From Mytilus edulis (taxonomy: Eukaryota), in the NCBI RefSeq assembly GCF_963676685.1, contig NC_092353.1:31558001-31622000 (forward strand): 64,000 nt of DNA, read 5' to 3'. Positions 35,701 through 49,064 of this stretch are shown piece after piece (the stretch's first letter is position 1; every line of letters starts with the position of its first letter). The translations under genes and the position numbers were made by a program. The notes beneath the pieces were generated by a model. It searched no databases. It saw only the letters and a list, made by a program, of their open reading frames with translations, and was not told the DNA's origin.

Positions 35701-38700
35701 TCTCATCTAGAATTTGCCTTCGAGCTCGATATTTTTGTTTTATTTTTTTAATGAGTCAAAGAAAAAAGTAATTGTTGATAATAGTTGCATAAGCTAATGT
35801 TAGTATAGGGCTAGAGAGAAACAAAAATGATAGGATATGTGAAAAAACATGTGTCCGGAATAGTTAACCAGGCTCGCCCCCTGGTTAAAAAAATGAAAAG
35901 CCAATATAAATGTATCTGGGCTTCAAATTAACAATTGCTTAAACAAAACAGACACCGTCGTCTAAAGAAAAAGAAAAAAGAGAACAGATACAAAGTGGGT
36001 TATGCGCAACCCTTAGTCGAAGAGCAAAGCACAACATCATGGCAAAACACCAACCAAGAAAGAACAAGAATGTGTCCTCAGTACACGAATGCTCCACTCG
36101 CACTTTCATTTTCTATGTTCAGTGGACCGTGACATTGGGATAAAAACTCTAATTTGGCATTAAAATTAGAAAGATCATATCATTGGGAACATGTGTACTA
36201 AGTTTGAAGTCGATTGGACTTCAACTTCATCAAAAACTACCTTGACCAAAAACTTTAACCTGAAGCGGGACAGACGGACGAACGGACGGACGAACGAACG
36301 GACGAACGGACGCACAGACCAGAAAACATAATGCCCCTCTACTATCGTAGGTGGGGCATAAAAACAGTTCACAAAACAACATAGAAAACCAAAGCATAAA
36401 CCCTAACCAAAAACCCTATAGTTGCTATGAAGGGAATTCAATCCTTGCTGCACTAGTTGTACTCAACATATCACTCATGGCAAGAACCCATTACTTGTAT
36501 GAGACAAGGCGCTTTCCGTGATGTCACAACTATCGAAAAAAAGATGAATGGTAGTCTACTACATGTATATCATATCCGTTGTAATATGTGACACAGATCT
36601 TCCTCAACGTTAAAACAAATCATGATAGCGTCCCTATAACTGTCGACAAGAATAATTCCATTTCCCCTTTAAACATTGATTCCATTAATTCCTTCAGCAA
36701 CTCTTAATCAAGAAAAAAGATGATGGAAACTCCTGAACTATTGTATCAACTTGAGATATATTATCCCATGCGCTTCTGAAATGTTAATATAAAAGAGAAA
36801 TGGAAAGTTCACGATAGGAAAATATTTATTTGTTGTCAAGTTTAGTTCACAATCGACCATCACTTGTAATTTCTTGATGTAAGTAAATTTATGAAGCAGA
36901 CTGTAACTGTTTTCATTAGAATATATAGATAATCTTTGTAATTCTCAAACATTGCATTTTTCAATGTGGGCTCGTCATCTCTTTATTGGGTTCCATAGGA
37001 ATGTGGATTGTCATTTTAATTACAAATCTTCAAAACGTATCATCATATATGGTATCATTAAAATATAATTCAAGGATCACAATTTTTTTTTATATCAGAG
37101 AACTATTGGTTTGCATCAGAGTGTATGATAACAGAAGCTTCACGTTTAAAAAATACCTTTGATTGAGATTCGTGTGTCAAAACCCAAAAAAACACGATCC
37201 ACTTTTGAGAATGTGTTAGTGGATGTATTTGTCGTTATGTAACCTCGACAACATATCGATTATTGCCCTCGAGATAATGGAAACAATGTGAGAGATGTCA
37301 TAAAAGATAAAGTTCACTTACTTGTAGTGTGGTGTAAAGGGGTCGTAGCAATTTGAACTGTTGTAGAGGGTTTGATTGTGGACGTTGTTTTACTAGTTAA
37401 CTTGGTTGCAGATGTAGTAATGTCGTATTTGTTGCATAAATTGGAAGAACAACAAAAGTGTCGTAAATTTCGTTTCTTTTGTGTATGGCAGTACTAAAAT
37501 AGAATCAAAATGTAGTCCTAACAAATTATGTTCCTTCCAATTATTGAAGTAAAATACTAGAAGATATATTCACTAATAAAATGATACATTGTGTGCTGAT
37601 TGAAACAAAAGAGAAAAACAGGGGCTACAAAGTGTCACGAATTGAAACGTTAATTGTAAAACTAATACTAAAAAAAAATGGGAACTGTCAAAAAAAAAAA
37701 TCACCGATACCAGTTTAATACATTACAGTCTTCTATACTATTAAACGAGAAGACCTCATTTTGGGTGTCGCTTCTCTTCTTTCCACAATAAATTAATCAA
37801 CACGCCTCTGTTTCCTATAGGTACAGTGCATAGTCGCATTTGTCATCCATTTATATGATTATTCAGATTGAGTTATTTTGGGAGAAAAACGAGAAAAAAG
37901 GCATATGGATATTGTCCCGTCATTGGACGAAATTTTAAGTCAGATTAGACTTCCGATTTGCGTTTTTCTGTATACTTTGAACATACATATACTACGAATA
38001 AAGTGTATTTTAATTCTATCTGCTATCATTTTCAAGTTTACTATCCACGGCGGTCACAGAGTTTATGAAATGGAGAGGGTCTGTATACTATATCAATTGA
38101 CCACCATGCATCGATTAGTAAACTTGGAATTGAAAGTAAATACACTTTATTTATATAGCAATGAATGTTCATAATATACAGATATAAGCGCTAAAATTAT
38201 TCATGTGAACTTTTGATACCTTTTCTGAAATTCTCCAAAAAAAAGATGTGGTATGATTGCCATGTTGAGACAACTCTCCACAAGAGACCAAAATGACACA
38301 GAAATTAATAACTATAGGTCACCGACCGTCCTTCAACAACGAGCTAAGCCCATACCGAATACTCAGCTTTTAAAGGCCCCGAAATGACGATGTAAAACAA
38401 TTCACACGAGAAAACTAGCGGCCATATTTATGTACAAAAAATGAACGAAAAACAAATATGTAACACATAAACAAACGACAACCACTGAATTACAGGTTCC
38501 TTACTTAAATGTTCATAACATACTAAATGTATGTTCATATTGAAATTGATAGAAAACCAAAAATTGGGAATTTTGGAAATGAAGAAGGAGGGATAAAAAA
38601 ACATTTTTCTGTCCCCAATAACCTATGACTTATGATACATTTGCTGAAATTCTCCAGTCATTCAATATTTTACAAAATTCTCCCAACAACACTTTACATA

Positions 38701-41700
38701 CTTTAAACTACGGTCTGAATGCCTGCGATTTCGCGGGTGTGTTCTAGTATTATCTATTTCATAATTTCAGACAACTAGCTGGTTAACAAGTCCAAATTAT
38801 AACACGCTTACATATTCCCCTCAATACTTATTTTTTCATTTGAATTCTAACACCAGAATTATTTTATGTATAAGAACAGTACGTTTTTCTCTTTTTTATG
38901 TGGATTTATGCTGTTTAATCGTCATACATAACATTGGAATGTTTTAATTAATTTCTGAGATTTAAAACACAACATATATGCATTTAAAAATCTACATAAT
39001 GTAGGTTTTAGGTATCTGAAAGAAGAACAAACAATTCGTCTATATCTATATGAGCCATTAATATCTCCTTTCAAAAAGTGAAATAATAAAAATATTGAAC
39101 TCCGAGGAAAATTCTATACGGAAAGTTCATAAGCAAATGGCAAAATCAAAAGCTCAAACAAATCAAATGATAGATAACAACTGTCATACTATGACTTGGT
39201 ACAGACATTTTCTTATGTGGAAAATGGTGGATTCAAGCTGGTTTATTAGCTAGCTAAACCTCTCACTTGTATGTCTGTTACAAATATCAAAGTATTGTTT
39301 TTTGTGTATAAATGTCATGATGTCCATCAAGGACCCTTGATTGGAATAATAATTTTCTTAATCTTATTCTAATAACTAAAAAGAGAGAAAAATTGAAAGG
39401 TCATCTCTCGAGTAAAAATTCACGTTGAAAAGAAGGGCAAAATATATTAAAGATAAAAAAAAAAAAAAACAACATTAGCGTTATCAATTTTACTACACAA
39501 TGCATATTCGATGATGTCTCACTTTATTGATCAAAGGCAGATAGTGATGACTTAGGGGGATTAGCGTACTATGAAAACAACATGTGAAATCGCTTAAACC
39601 CTAAATGCACACAACAGAAATCTGAACATAGTTGTCGTTTGGTGATGAGGTTCATACGTGTTTCTCTGTTCTCATTTTTATATAGATTAGACCGTTGATT
39701 TTCCCGTTTGGATGGTTCAAGGTGGTACCTAACAGTCCAGGGAGATAACTCTGTAAAATCAGCTAAACGTTTTAATTATGTTGTGTTGTAAAGGGAATAT
39801 TAAAAGAGGGACGAAAGATACCAAAGGGACAGTCAAACTCATAAATCTAAAACAAACTGACAACGCCATGGCTAAAAATGAAAAAGACAAACAAAAAACA
39901 GCACACATGACACAACATAGAAAACTAAAGAATAAACAACACGAACCCCCCAAAAAACTAGGGGTGATATCAGGTGCTCCGGAAGGGTAAGCAGATCCTG
40001 CTCCACATGTAGCACCCGTCGTGTTGTTTATGTGATAACAAATCCGGTAAATAGTCTAATTCGGTAGGTCACATTCATGAAAGGGAATGGGATTGTAGTT
40101 ACGACGCAAGGAACATATCCGATATCATTTGTGAAACGGTTATTCCATAACGGTTAACCAACTCGTGATAGCGTCCGTAAAATTTACGAAGGGATGATTT
40201 CAACTTCACCATTTGGAACTCTTGATTTAATAGCTTCCTTGTGAGCAGCAACCCTCTATCAAGAAAATCATGATAGGAAATGCAAGCACGGGAATATCGT
40301 ATCAATTGGGAGATATATACCCCGTATGCAGGTGCTGCTGGAATGTTGCTACTTAGAAATGGAAAGCTGAAAATCATCTCTTTTGTCGTAAAGTTTTGTT
40401 TTCAACCGACCCTCATTGTCAATTTCTAGATGTAAGTCAAGATACGAGGCCGACTTAACTGTATCTGTGGTATTCTTTATCTCTAGCTCGATGGGATAGA
40501 TGCGTTCCATATAGTCACCAAATTTTGCATTATTTAGTGAAAGAACATCATCTATATAGCGGAAAGTAGAGTTAAAAGATATTGCCAACTCCTTATCTTT
40601 CTTCCTAAGAAGTTCCTGCATGAAGCCAGCCTCATAATAATAAAGAGACAAGTCGGCAAGTAGAGGGGCACAGTTTGTTCCCATTGGAATGCCGACAGTC
40701 TGTTGAAAAACACGTCTTCCGAACGTAACAAATATGTTGTCAATCAAGCATTAAGCTTCTCAATGATCAAAATAAGAATTTGTCAAACTGCTATATAACC
40801 AGTGTAATTTTTCTGATAAAACGGTTGGTTCAATTTTTTGAATTTTTTGTATTTTTGTCAAAGGGTCAAAGTAAATATTTTGTCAAAATTTTATGAAAAT
40901 TGAACGAGCCAAATTAATGTTAGTTAAAGTGTTGGGTACCACCTTAACACTAGTAAGTTTTGGGGCTCTTTATATCTTACTGATCGGTGCGAGCCAAGGC
41001 TCCGTGTTGAAGACCGATATTGACCTATATTGGTTCACTTTAATAATTTGTTACTTGAATGGAAAGCTGTCTCATTGGCACTCATACCATATTTTCTTAT
41101 ATATATGGCTTGCGAACCAATTGCTCAACTCATTTGAAACCGAATTCATACAACAAAAATGAAAAAGTTAGCCGTCAGGAAAACCATGTCATTGGCAAGT
41201 AATACGATGATTTAAATTCATTATTAACCTATAAGAATACATCAAACAGACCTACAAAAAACTGATTGGACGTGATTACCATATATTAATATTGATTTTT
41301 ATGTCGGGTCTTGATTGAAAATTATGAGACGTCTGGTCTAAAATAGCGTACGTAAATGGTGATACATTATAGTGAGCCCGTACATTGTTAATTCAATTAT
41401 TTCTTTTGGACCTTTTGTAATTTAGGTATACATTTTAGTAAATTATGATTCAAATATGAGATTTTGGCCAAATCAATGAACATAAAGTTCACAGGTAATG
41501 AATGTTCATCAAATTCTCAAGCAATCATGTTGGTAAATTCACCGACTGATAATAAAGTGAATAAGCTTAATCAAATTGTTGATTCAGTAAAGTTTATAAT
41601 GTTAAATCTCACGCAAGATATGAATTGAAGACGATCTAAAGAACTAAATATTAAAGCATCAATTAAGTTTGGTTCCAAGTTGTCGAAAGAAAATGTATTA

Positions 41701-43990
41701 AAAAATTGGCTTAAAAATATTTCGTTTGACTCATAATTACTTGTTATGTATCACGCTTGATATCAAAGTATTTCTTACATACAACTTCAAGCATAGAAAA
41801 GTTAAAAAAAATAATAATGTTTTAACTAAATATATAATAACTCTGCTTAATCTCTTGTTTGTGAATTTGTAGTCACGGTTGATTCTTTTATATTTGGAAT
41901 ACTTGATTATCGTACAGTCTGTATTTCCCGTTACTGGATTTTGTAAGGGTAAGTTTTAATATTTTTTGGAAAAAAATCATGGTAGCCACAAAGCCACCGA
42001 GCACGTTACACTATGTGACTTTGTGTAATGGTAGACATCTTTGTCTACCGCATAACACTTTTCTATGTACAAATGCCCTATGTTAAAAAAAAACCTTTTA
42101 TGTGGCGATAGAAGAACTCACTTTACAAAGAATTCAAAGTTCTTCAAACCACACATATACAAATATATACATACCACATTATCTGCACAACCCAACTTGT
42201 AGGAAAACTGGAAATTGCTGTTTACATTTTCTGCTGTTATACACACCTAAGTAAGTAAACATAATTCTATAGTACAGATTTATAAGGGTTAACGCTTATT
42301 GAAATCAAATGTGTATTTAACATTTTTCTGTATCATTTCGTAGTTATCGATTTGTTAAAATGTACTGCGAGTCATTTTTGTAAATAATAAAATCCCCCAT
42401 ATATTGAACTCCGAGGAATTTCAAAACGGAAAGTCCAATCAAATTGCAAAATCAAAAGCTCAAACATATCCAACAAGTGCATAACAACATTATTTCTTCG
42501 TTCATTGAATAGTCCGAGTCTTTAATCGCATTATTGGTGGTGCATATAAAGCAGGTGATACTTACGCTTCCGTTAGAAACTCGGTCTCGTGTAGTTTTGA
42601 TTTCACGCGATTTTTGCTTACTTGATTTTTATATGTATTTGTGATATTGGAACATCGGTAAACTACCTTCACCTTTGATTTACTTCAGTTGCTTCAGGTT
42701 TACTGCTGCATTGTGTATTTGTTAGTTCTATAATGAACGTTAAGAAAATAAAACGGTCTAGATAGTTTATAAATAAAATACTAAAATAACATCATACCTT
42801 GTCAGATTGGGAACAGTTTTGAGATACATTACACTGGGAAGGATGTTGAACATCATCACAACTGTAGCACTGTAAGCCTGAGATGAAACCAATAAGACGT
42901 ATGTTAAGACATAAGGAGGATGTGACATTGCTTTACACGAGACAAGCTTACTATGTTTGGAGATAACCATTCACTTAATCTTTTTTGTATTTCTGTTTCT
43001 ATATTTCTGTTTTCTCTCTCCCTTTGAAATTCGTGTGTTTTCCTCGTTGTTTGTTTAACCATTATTTTTATCTCCTGAATATATATTTATGAGATTTAAA
43101 CATTGGTAGACTACTGTTTTTACATTTTACATTTTGTAAACCTGAAATTTTCTTTTCAATGGCGGCTAACATATTAAAATGTTGTTCGTTCACAATATAT
43201 ATATATATATATATTCATGTTATTGGTGTTCAAAATGAAATAGAGATTTCATTTCTTAAGAAACGGAACGATTCTAGAATTTAAAAAAAAAACAAATAAA
43301 GTACGAAGTTTGAGAGCATTGATGACCAAAATTCCTTAAAGTTATGACAAATACAGCTAAGGTAATATATTCCTGAGGTACAAAAGCCTTATTATTTAAA
43401 AAATTCCAAATTTTTGTAAACAGTAAATTTATAGATATGACCATATCAATGATAAGTCATGTCAACACAAAAGCCATGCATTTGAGTAAATAACATGCAC
43501 GTACCTGTCAGCTCCTGGAGAGACACAGAGAGCAATATGACCGCTGTAAAAGAGAAATCAGTTGTTGGTGTTATCATCAATAATGTCATTATTTTCACTA
43601 TTATTATTGATGTTAGTACTAGAGCAGTTTCACGAAAGGGGAAAAATAAACGATCCGACAAGAATTGTTTTATATATTGATACCGTTACAAAGAATAAGT
43701 TTAGAACTGTGTAATTCACATTTCGCAATTCATAAAATAATTTTAACCTGTAAAAACATTAGTTAAAACAAAATAAAATAGTTTTCCTCAGTCTGTTCGA
43801 ATCGCATTTTCGATCACTCGTACCTGATGAGTTTAACTTCAATTAGGGTACTAATGATTTGATGAAAAACTAATAGTCAAATGGAACGTTTCTTTATCAT
43901 TCAGTAGGGTGCTTATTTAATGGTTATGTTATTGTAGTAAATCTACATGATATAGTAAATAAGATTTTTACCTAGACAAAAATGTTCCAT
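32520..43990 (-). CDS. Gene A: secreted three-finger (Ly6/uPAR) domain + Thr-rich linker + His-rich C-type lectin protein, 8 coding exons, 267 aa
   Basis: Exons 43990-43972, 43543-43505, 42877-42798, 42246-42175, 37493-37322, 35521-35409, 34532-34439, 32734-32520. All introns are GT-AG with phases 1,1,0,0,1,0,1 and the exons sum to 804 nt with one stop. Protein: MEHFCLAVILLSVSLQELTG-LQCYSCDDVQHPSQCNVSQNCSQSDKVCITAENVNSNFQFSYKLGCADNVYCHTQKKRNLRHFCCSSNLCN-KYDITTSATKLTSKTTSTIKPSTTVQIATTPLHHTT-INHHYDCNGKHYYRWNGHGYCILSYTSQWKVDSHGHDVDPCIQLHMKMITLETDQEHDAVVHFVRAIYKYQGTVWLGAKFYPENNTRWHWLYNNHGISAHNKHWESRTEEQEHQCLGLHGDKWGSDDCTQHYPHLCEKVL*. Every exon has a counterpart in gene B. Confidence 0.88.
34439..34532 (-). 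CDS. Gene A exon 7
   Basis: tttcag|DPCIQLHMKMITLETDQEHDAVVHFVRAIYK+T|gtaagt. Confidence 0.88.
35409..35521 (-). CDS. Gene A exon 6
   Basis: ttttag|(I)NHHYDCNGKHYYRWNGHGYCILSYTSQWKVDSHGHDV|gtaagt. Confidence 0.87.
36063..36361 (+). mobile_element. pearl/MgE-like (Helentron-associated) non-autonomous element
   Basis: Second copy of 6817-7128, with (GACG/GAAC)n and a terminal hairpin ATGCCCCTCTAC...GTAGGTGGGGCAT. Confidence 0.75.
36430..36960 (-). pseudogene. Decayed Penelope-like RT 3' fragment
   Basis: Aligns by eye with 40100-40480 (TCATGATAGCGTCC, ATCAACTTGAGATATAT, AGAAATGGAAAGTTCACGATAGG = PIVNFPF on the minus strand). Confidence 0.6.
37322..37493 (-). CDS. Gene A exon 5 (LU C-terminus + Thr-rich linker)
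   Basis: ttttag|YCHTQKKRNLRHFCCSSNLCNKYDITTS...LHHTT+A|gtaagt. Confidence 0.88.
37729..38747 (+). mobile_element. Non-autonomous Helitron
   Basis: 5' TCTTCTATACTATTAAA; 3' hairpin CCTGCG attt CGCGGG followed by TTCTAG|T, the canonical CTRR end. Carries an inserted repeat at ~38240-38510. Confidence 0.75.
39721..40943. mobile_element. MITE (TIR GGTGGTACCYAACA) interrupted by a Penelope-like fragment
   Basis: TCAA|GGTGGTACCTAACA...TGTTGGGTACCACC|TTAA. The flanks rejoin into the common repeat seen intact at ~31870 and ~58190. Confidence 0.8.
39804..40749 (-). mobile_element. 5'-truncated Penelope-like retroelement: RT core/thumb (ORFs 40747-40349 and 40377-40099, frameshifted) + 3' UTR
   Basis: Motifs QTVGIPMGTNCAPLLADL, FRYIDD, YLDL, LYDKRDDF and PAYGVYISQLIRY. 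The ORF ends after the thumb with no C-terminal GIY-YIG, consistent with the Naiad-type layout. ATTAA flanks both ends. Confidence 0.88.
42175..42246 (-). CDS. Gene A exon 4
   Basis: acttag|VCITAENVNSNFQFSYKLGCADNV|gtatgt. Confidence 0.87.
42798..42877 (-). CDS. Gene A exon 3 (LQCYSC)
   Basis: tctcag|(G)LQCYSCDDVQHPSQCNVSQNCSQSDK|gtatga. Confidence 0.87.
43505..43543 (-). CDS. Gene A exon 2 (signal peptide)
   Basis: ctcttttacag|(A)VILLSVSLQELT+G|gtacgt. Confidence 0.8.
43972..43990 (-). CDS. Gene A exon 1 coding part (MEHFCL)
   Basis: ATG GAA CAT TTT TGT CTA G|gtaaaa; paralogous to 28588-28570. Confidence 0.72.
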
Positions 43991-46900
43991 ATGCTCAATG
44001 TTTTCCAAATACAGTCCTATCAGTTGTTGTTATAATGGAATACATACTATCTAAACTAGGTGGCCTATTTTTTCGACGTACTTCCACGCAGAGATCATTA
44101 TGATTTTACTAGTCTATATCATTTAAGGATAGTTTTAAATCAGACTTGATCATTTGAAATTAGCATATATATATATATAATACGTTACTATGACGTTACT
44201 TAGTTGAAAAACCTGTTGGTCATCTTTGCACAATGACATATGTTTAAACTAACCAATAAAATCGCGATACAGATAAAATGACATTAATAGAAGTTTTTCT
44301 TGTGCCAACAACATCAGCCGAAAAGAATGTTTGCAATTTAAAGAGAAGAATTACTATCTTTAAAAAGATATATGATATGCACATAGAGATTTAAATGGAC
44401 CCTGGATCATTGACAGGTCTTATCTTATAACAGTTTAAAATAATTCCGCACAATTTGACAGCGAAAGGTTGACGATTCTGAAAGTTGAGTAATTTGTGTT
44501 TTTTCTCTAAATAATTAAAATATACACTGAATGGTACTAAACCAAAAATATATATATCCCGGCCAGGGAAGAGCACAAATGTGCTTCCGAAAATTTATAG
44601 GATATCCTTATTTTTATATTTTATTTCAATGTGTACTTTATTGAGAGGTTGTATGTGTCATTATTTTTTACTAAATTATATGTACAATCAACTACAAACA
44701 CATTTATGTTGGTGTCTTTTTCGAAATCTTCCGAATATTTGTTTAGATTTTTTAAGTCAATTGCCTTGTATGTCTGTGTTGAATGTTTACACAGTCAGTC
44801 TGTTTAGCTTACTCGATCAATGTTGTTAACCGTCATACAAATAATAAGTTTGACTAGCTATTAAACCAGCACTAAGCTACTAATATGACACTTGTCTTTC
44901 TTTTTATCTTTCGTTCCAATAGTTGATACACTAGTAGATTATGTTTCATTTCATTCGTTACTTCAAGGTCTTACTCATTTTTTGACTTCGGTATTTTTGT
45001 TAGATGTTACTTTTTATCCGATTTCCTGGTGTTTTAAAGCATCGAAATGTACGAGTGAGTTCAGTAAAAATGTCATCATTTTGATTATTTGACCCAACTT
45101 TTTTTTCGCCGATTTTATGTCTGCAATTTTTTTTATACAAATGTGCATTCACTTTTAAAGAATGAGTTCATTTTAAAATACTTTAGAAAATAAAGGAGAC
45201 AATGCATTATGTGTATTGATTTGCAATTGAAATTCAACGAACCAAAGTTTTATACCAAATCTGACCAAAAGCTTAGATATAGCGTCATTGTGTTATTATT
45301 CTATGATTATTTTTGTATTCTTGTCATTCATTTTTGCTAATAGGTTTTGTCTATATGCTCTTTTGTGTTTCTTTGTTACATATGACATTCATGACTATGA
45401 ACTTAACATCCCGTCAGCGTGTTATTGTGCGACTGTTAATGTTTGTTTATATATTTGTTTGTTTGTATAGCGATTAACTGATAATAACACAATGTTGACT
45501 GCTGTTCCTGTATTTTTGAAATTTTAACCTGTAATGTCTGTGTTTATTTTGTTCACGATCATTGTCAATATAATGGAATTCCATGCGACTGTCATACAAT
45601 GAGAGGTTAAGCTACCTATAAAACCAGTTTCTATCCACCATTTCGTACATAATAAAATGCCTGTACCAAGTCAGAACTATGTCAGTTGTTGTCCATTTTG
45701 TGTTTGAGCTTTTGATTTTGCCATATTATTAGGGACTTTCCGATTTGAATTTTCCTCGGATTTCAGTATTTTTGTGATTTAATTTTTCACTACATACATT
45801 GACCTTAATTAAAAACATAAAGGTTTTAATAGACATTAAACTATTATATATATTTCAATGTTCTTCATTTTTGTGTAATTACAGTATATTTTAGGGTATT
45901 AGATAATTATACTTTTACTCTGTATGTCGAAATATCAGAAAAAGTTCAATATCTCATTTAACACCAACATTGCTCAGAGAGAATTGGCCACTCGTGGCCA
46001 GGTTGAGGTCAAATATATTTCAATTTTCCATAATGTATTTACTGGCATAAACAATGGAAACGCCTCAAATATCTTGTCAAGAAAACCAAATTCCTTTATC
46101 TACGGTCACTGATATAATCGTAAAGTGAAATTTTTAAAAGGATAAAAAAAAACCTAAATAATTGTTACTTTTCAATACTCGAATTTCCTCAATGCACAAA
46201 AAAGTAAATAGTAATTTTGTAAAGACAGTTTTTTGCCAATTGTTTGTTACTTTTGAAAATTGACATTATTACCATTGATCGAACCTAAATATACATACAC
46301 GGGTTACAAAATTTGATGAAAAATGAAAGAAATTATAAAAAAAATGATTAAAAAATGTCGACATTTTTTAGACGTTCTTTTATTTCAACTTTGATTTTAA
46401 TATTTTTATGATTTGTGAATTTAGAGGTTTGAGGTGAAAAAATATCAAATGCAATGTTTACGTTTATTTAAAGTGACATTAATTATGATAGGCTTTGATC
46501 ATAAAAATACTTATTATACAAGTATAGTGTCCAATTTGACACTTGCAGACAAAGCGACTGGTTAATGCAAGATAACCATCAAGGACATAACTGCGAAAAC
46601 AAAAGTTTCGTTATAACAAGCGTACAATAAATGTTGATTTACGTTGAACATAGAGGGCAGACACAAAAAATGTGTATAGATTAAATAAAAGGGAAAGCAA
46701 ATAATGTCACAGGGGGAATCTTAATCTCGAAGGAGGACCATACAACTAAGACAAACAACCGAATCATGACAAGTTCACAGACTTTATAGAATGATAACAA
46801 TCTATGCTAGGATACAAGCTTCAACATGTTCAAACCCATTAAAAATAAAATATAAAAAAAGTAAAATCACAAAAATAATAACTCCGAAATAAATTCGAAA

Positions 46901-49064
46901 GGAAGTCCCTAATCCAATGGCAAATCAAAAGCTCAAACACGTCAAACTAATGAATAATAACTGTAATATTCCTAACTTGGTACAGGCATTTTCTTTTGTT
47001 GAAAATGGTGGATTAAACCTGGTTTTAAAGATAGCTTAACCTCTTACAACGATGTGTGAACAAAACAAACAGAAATAATATATAAAAATGTCAAACGACA
47101 TACAGTTCACTTGTTATGACTATTCCATCAATCCTCATCAGCAATCAAGTGTTGTATAATATCTACACGGTTGATTGATTGGTTGGAAAGTACAGGAAAA
47201 ACCAAACTAACAATAGTTTTTAGTTTTGCATTTATGGTCTACAAGGAATAAATGCTAGAAATGTGACTATCAATGAAATAAGAGCGAATGTTAAATAAGG
47301 AATAAAAAATAGCAAGAGTACATAATTTAACTAGTTTGAAACATATAATAACCTCTGCATTGACTTTAAACATAAATGTTCATTGTAAATTCTTTAATAT
47401 ACTAGTAATGTGTAATTTAGTCATTTTGGGCGCAATTTCGTGAATGTTGTCACTATTAAGAACCCTCTAGTAGTTATGTTGATCGTAGAAAACGTTGATT
47501 GCGAAAGGCACCTAAATCCGTGTCTTATTTGACATTTGGAGACAAAAAGATTAGTCAATGCTGACAAGATTAATATCGTTGATATTACGACTATTTCCAG
47601 ACTACAATTTCTGTACGATTATCGAACAATTACTGTCGCATTGAGAAAAGAGATAAACTTGCATAATGGAGTATATGCAGTCGTGTACATCAACGCAAAT
47701 ATGTAACCATCTACTAATGTCTCGTGTCGTGATTCCATCCATTGTCTATTATTGGCATAGTTTTTGCAAAACAAAGCAGTTAAATAACGTGTTTAAACCG
47801 GAAATATATGAGTGGATACTGATAGATTAAATATCAACTATCAAAAGTATTCTTACTGAAAACATCTAATAAGAAAACCTGCAAGAAAAAAATAACCAAT
47901 AAATTTTTGTACAGACAGAAAAGGTTGACTAAAAACATATGTGAGACCACTCCAAATTTTATTTATAGTTCTTCGAATTCCCTCGCTTCAATTTTCGAAA
48001 CTAAAAAGAAAATTTACCGCAATAAAATGCAGACATATGGAACGATTGCTCCAAAACTCGTGCAAAATTTGTTATGGTGTTATTTCTTTATTTTCTATTT
48101 GAAAGAATTGCTCTTGGTGATAGGTTTGTTTTAGATAACCAATTTTCTCTAATCATATATTAGAAAATTACCATTAAATTTATCTATAGAACAATAAATA
48201 TGATTTTCTAGTTCTAGATATTTCAAGTTCACTCTTTATTTTATTTTTTATTTTTTGTTTTGGATGGGAATGTTCCTAATGGTCTCTTGATTCGACGTGT
48301 TTAATTCCTATATTTTCGCTATTGTCGTGTTTGTGGTGACTTTTGAGATTTATTCGAACTTATCGCATTATGATGTTTGAAGAGACTTTATATCTTGTGA
48401 TTAAAGAAACGATGCATATTCTTGTTGGTATATTAATTTACCCTATTCTTAATGTTATTTATTTAACATGGTATTAAGATATTTTAATATTGTATTTATT
48501 GGTATTCAAATTTACTTTACTTTTAATTGTTGAATACATAACGAATGTTAAAATGAGGAGATATTTGTGTTTTAGTATCCTGCTCCAATTTCCTATATCC
48601 TACCAATACCATATGTTGGCATTGCACAAGGTCCTGCCTTTTCTCTTACTGCTTATTAATGGCATTTTCAATAAGTCCGTTTAATATGGATCAATCACAT
48701 CAATTATTCGTGTTATTTCTCTTTTATAATTTATTTTTGTGGTTAGTACCGATCTGGCGAGCATACCCATTCCTACTGAAGTTTAATAGGCTGTTTATAT
48801 GTAGTCTATGTATACAACTGTCCCTGTTTAATGAGCGGGGTTGGCACTTACAATCATGCATGTTTAACCCACCACATCCTTTATGTAGCAGGAGTCTATG
48901 ATGAGTTTGTCTTTGGTCATAATTTGTCATAAATGTTGTTTTGACTCCTTTGAATTATTTCACATTTTGTCATACTGGGTGCCATGTAATTGTTCATTAC
49001 ATGGTTGATTGTCTCATTATCAATCATACAATATCTACTTTTCTTCTTCTTATGATTTGAACTT

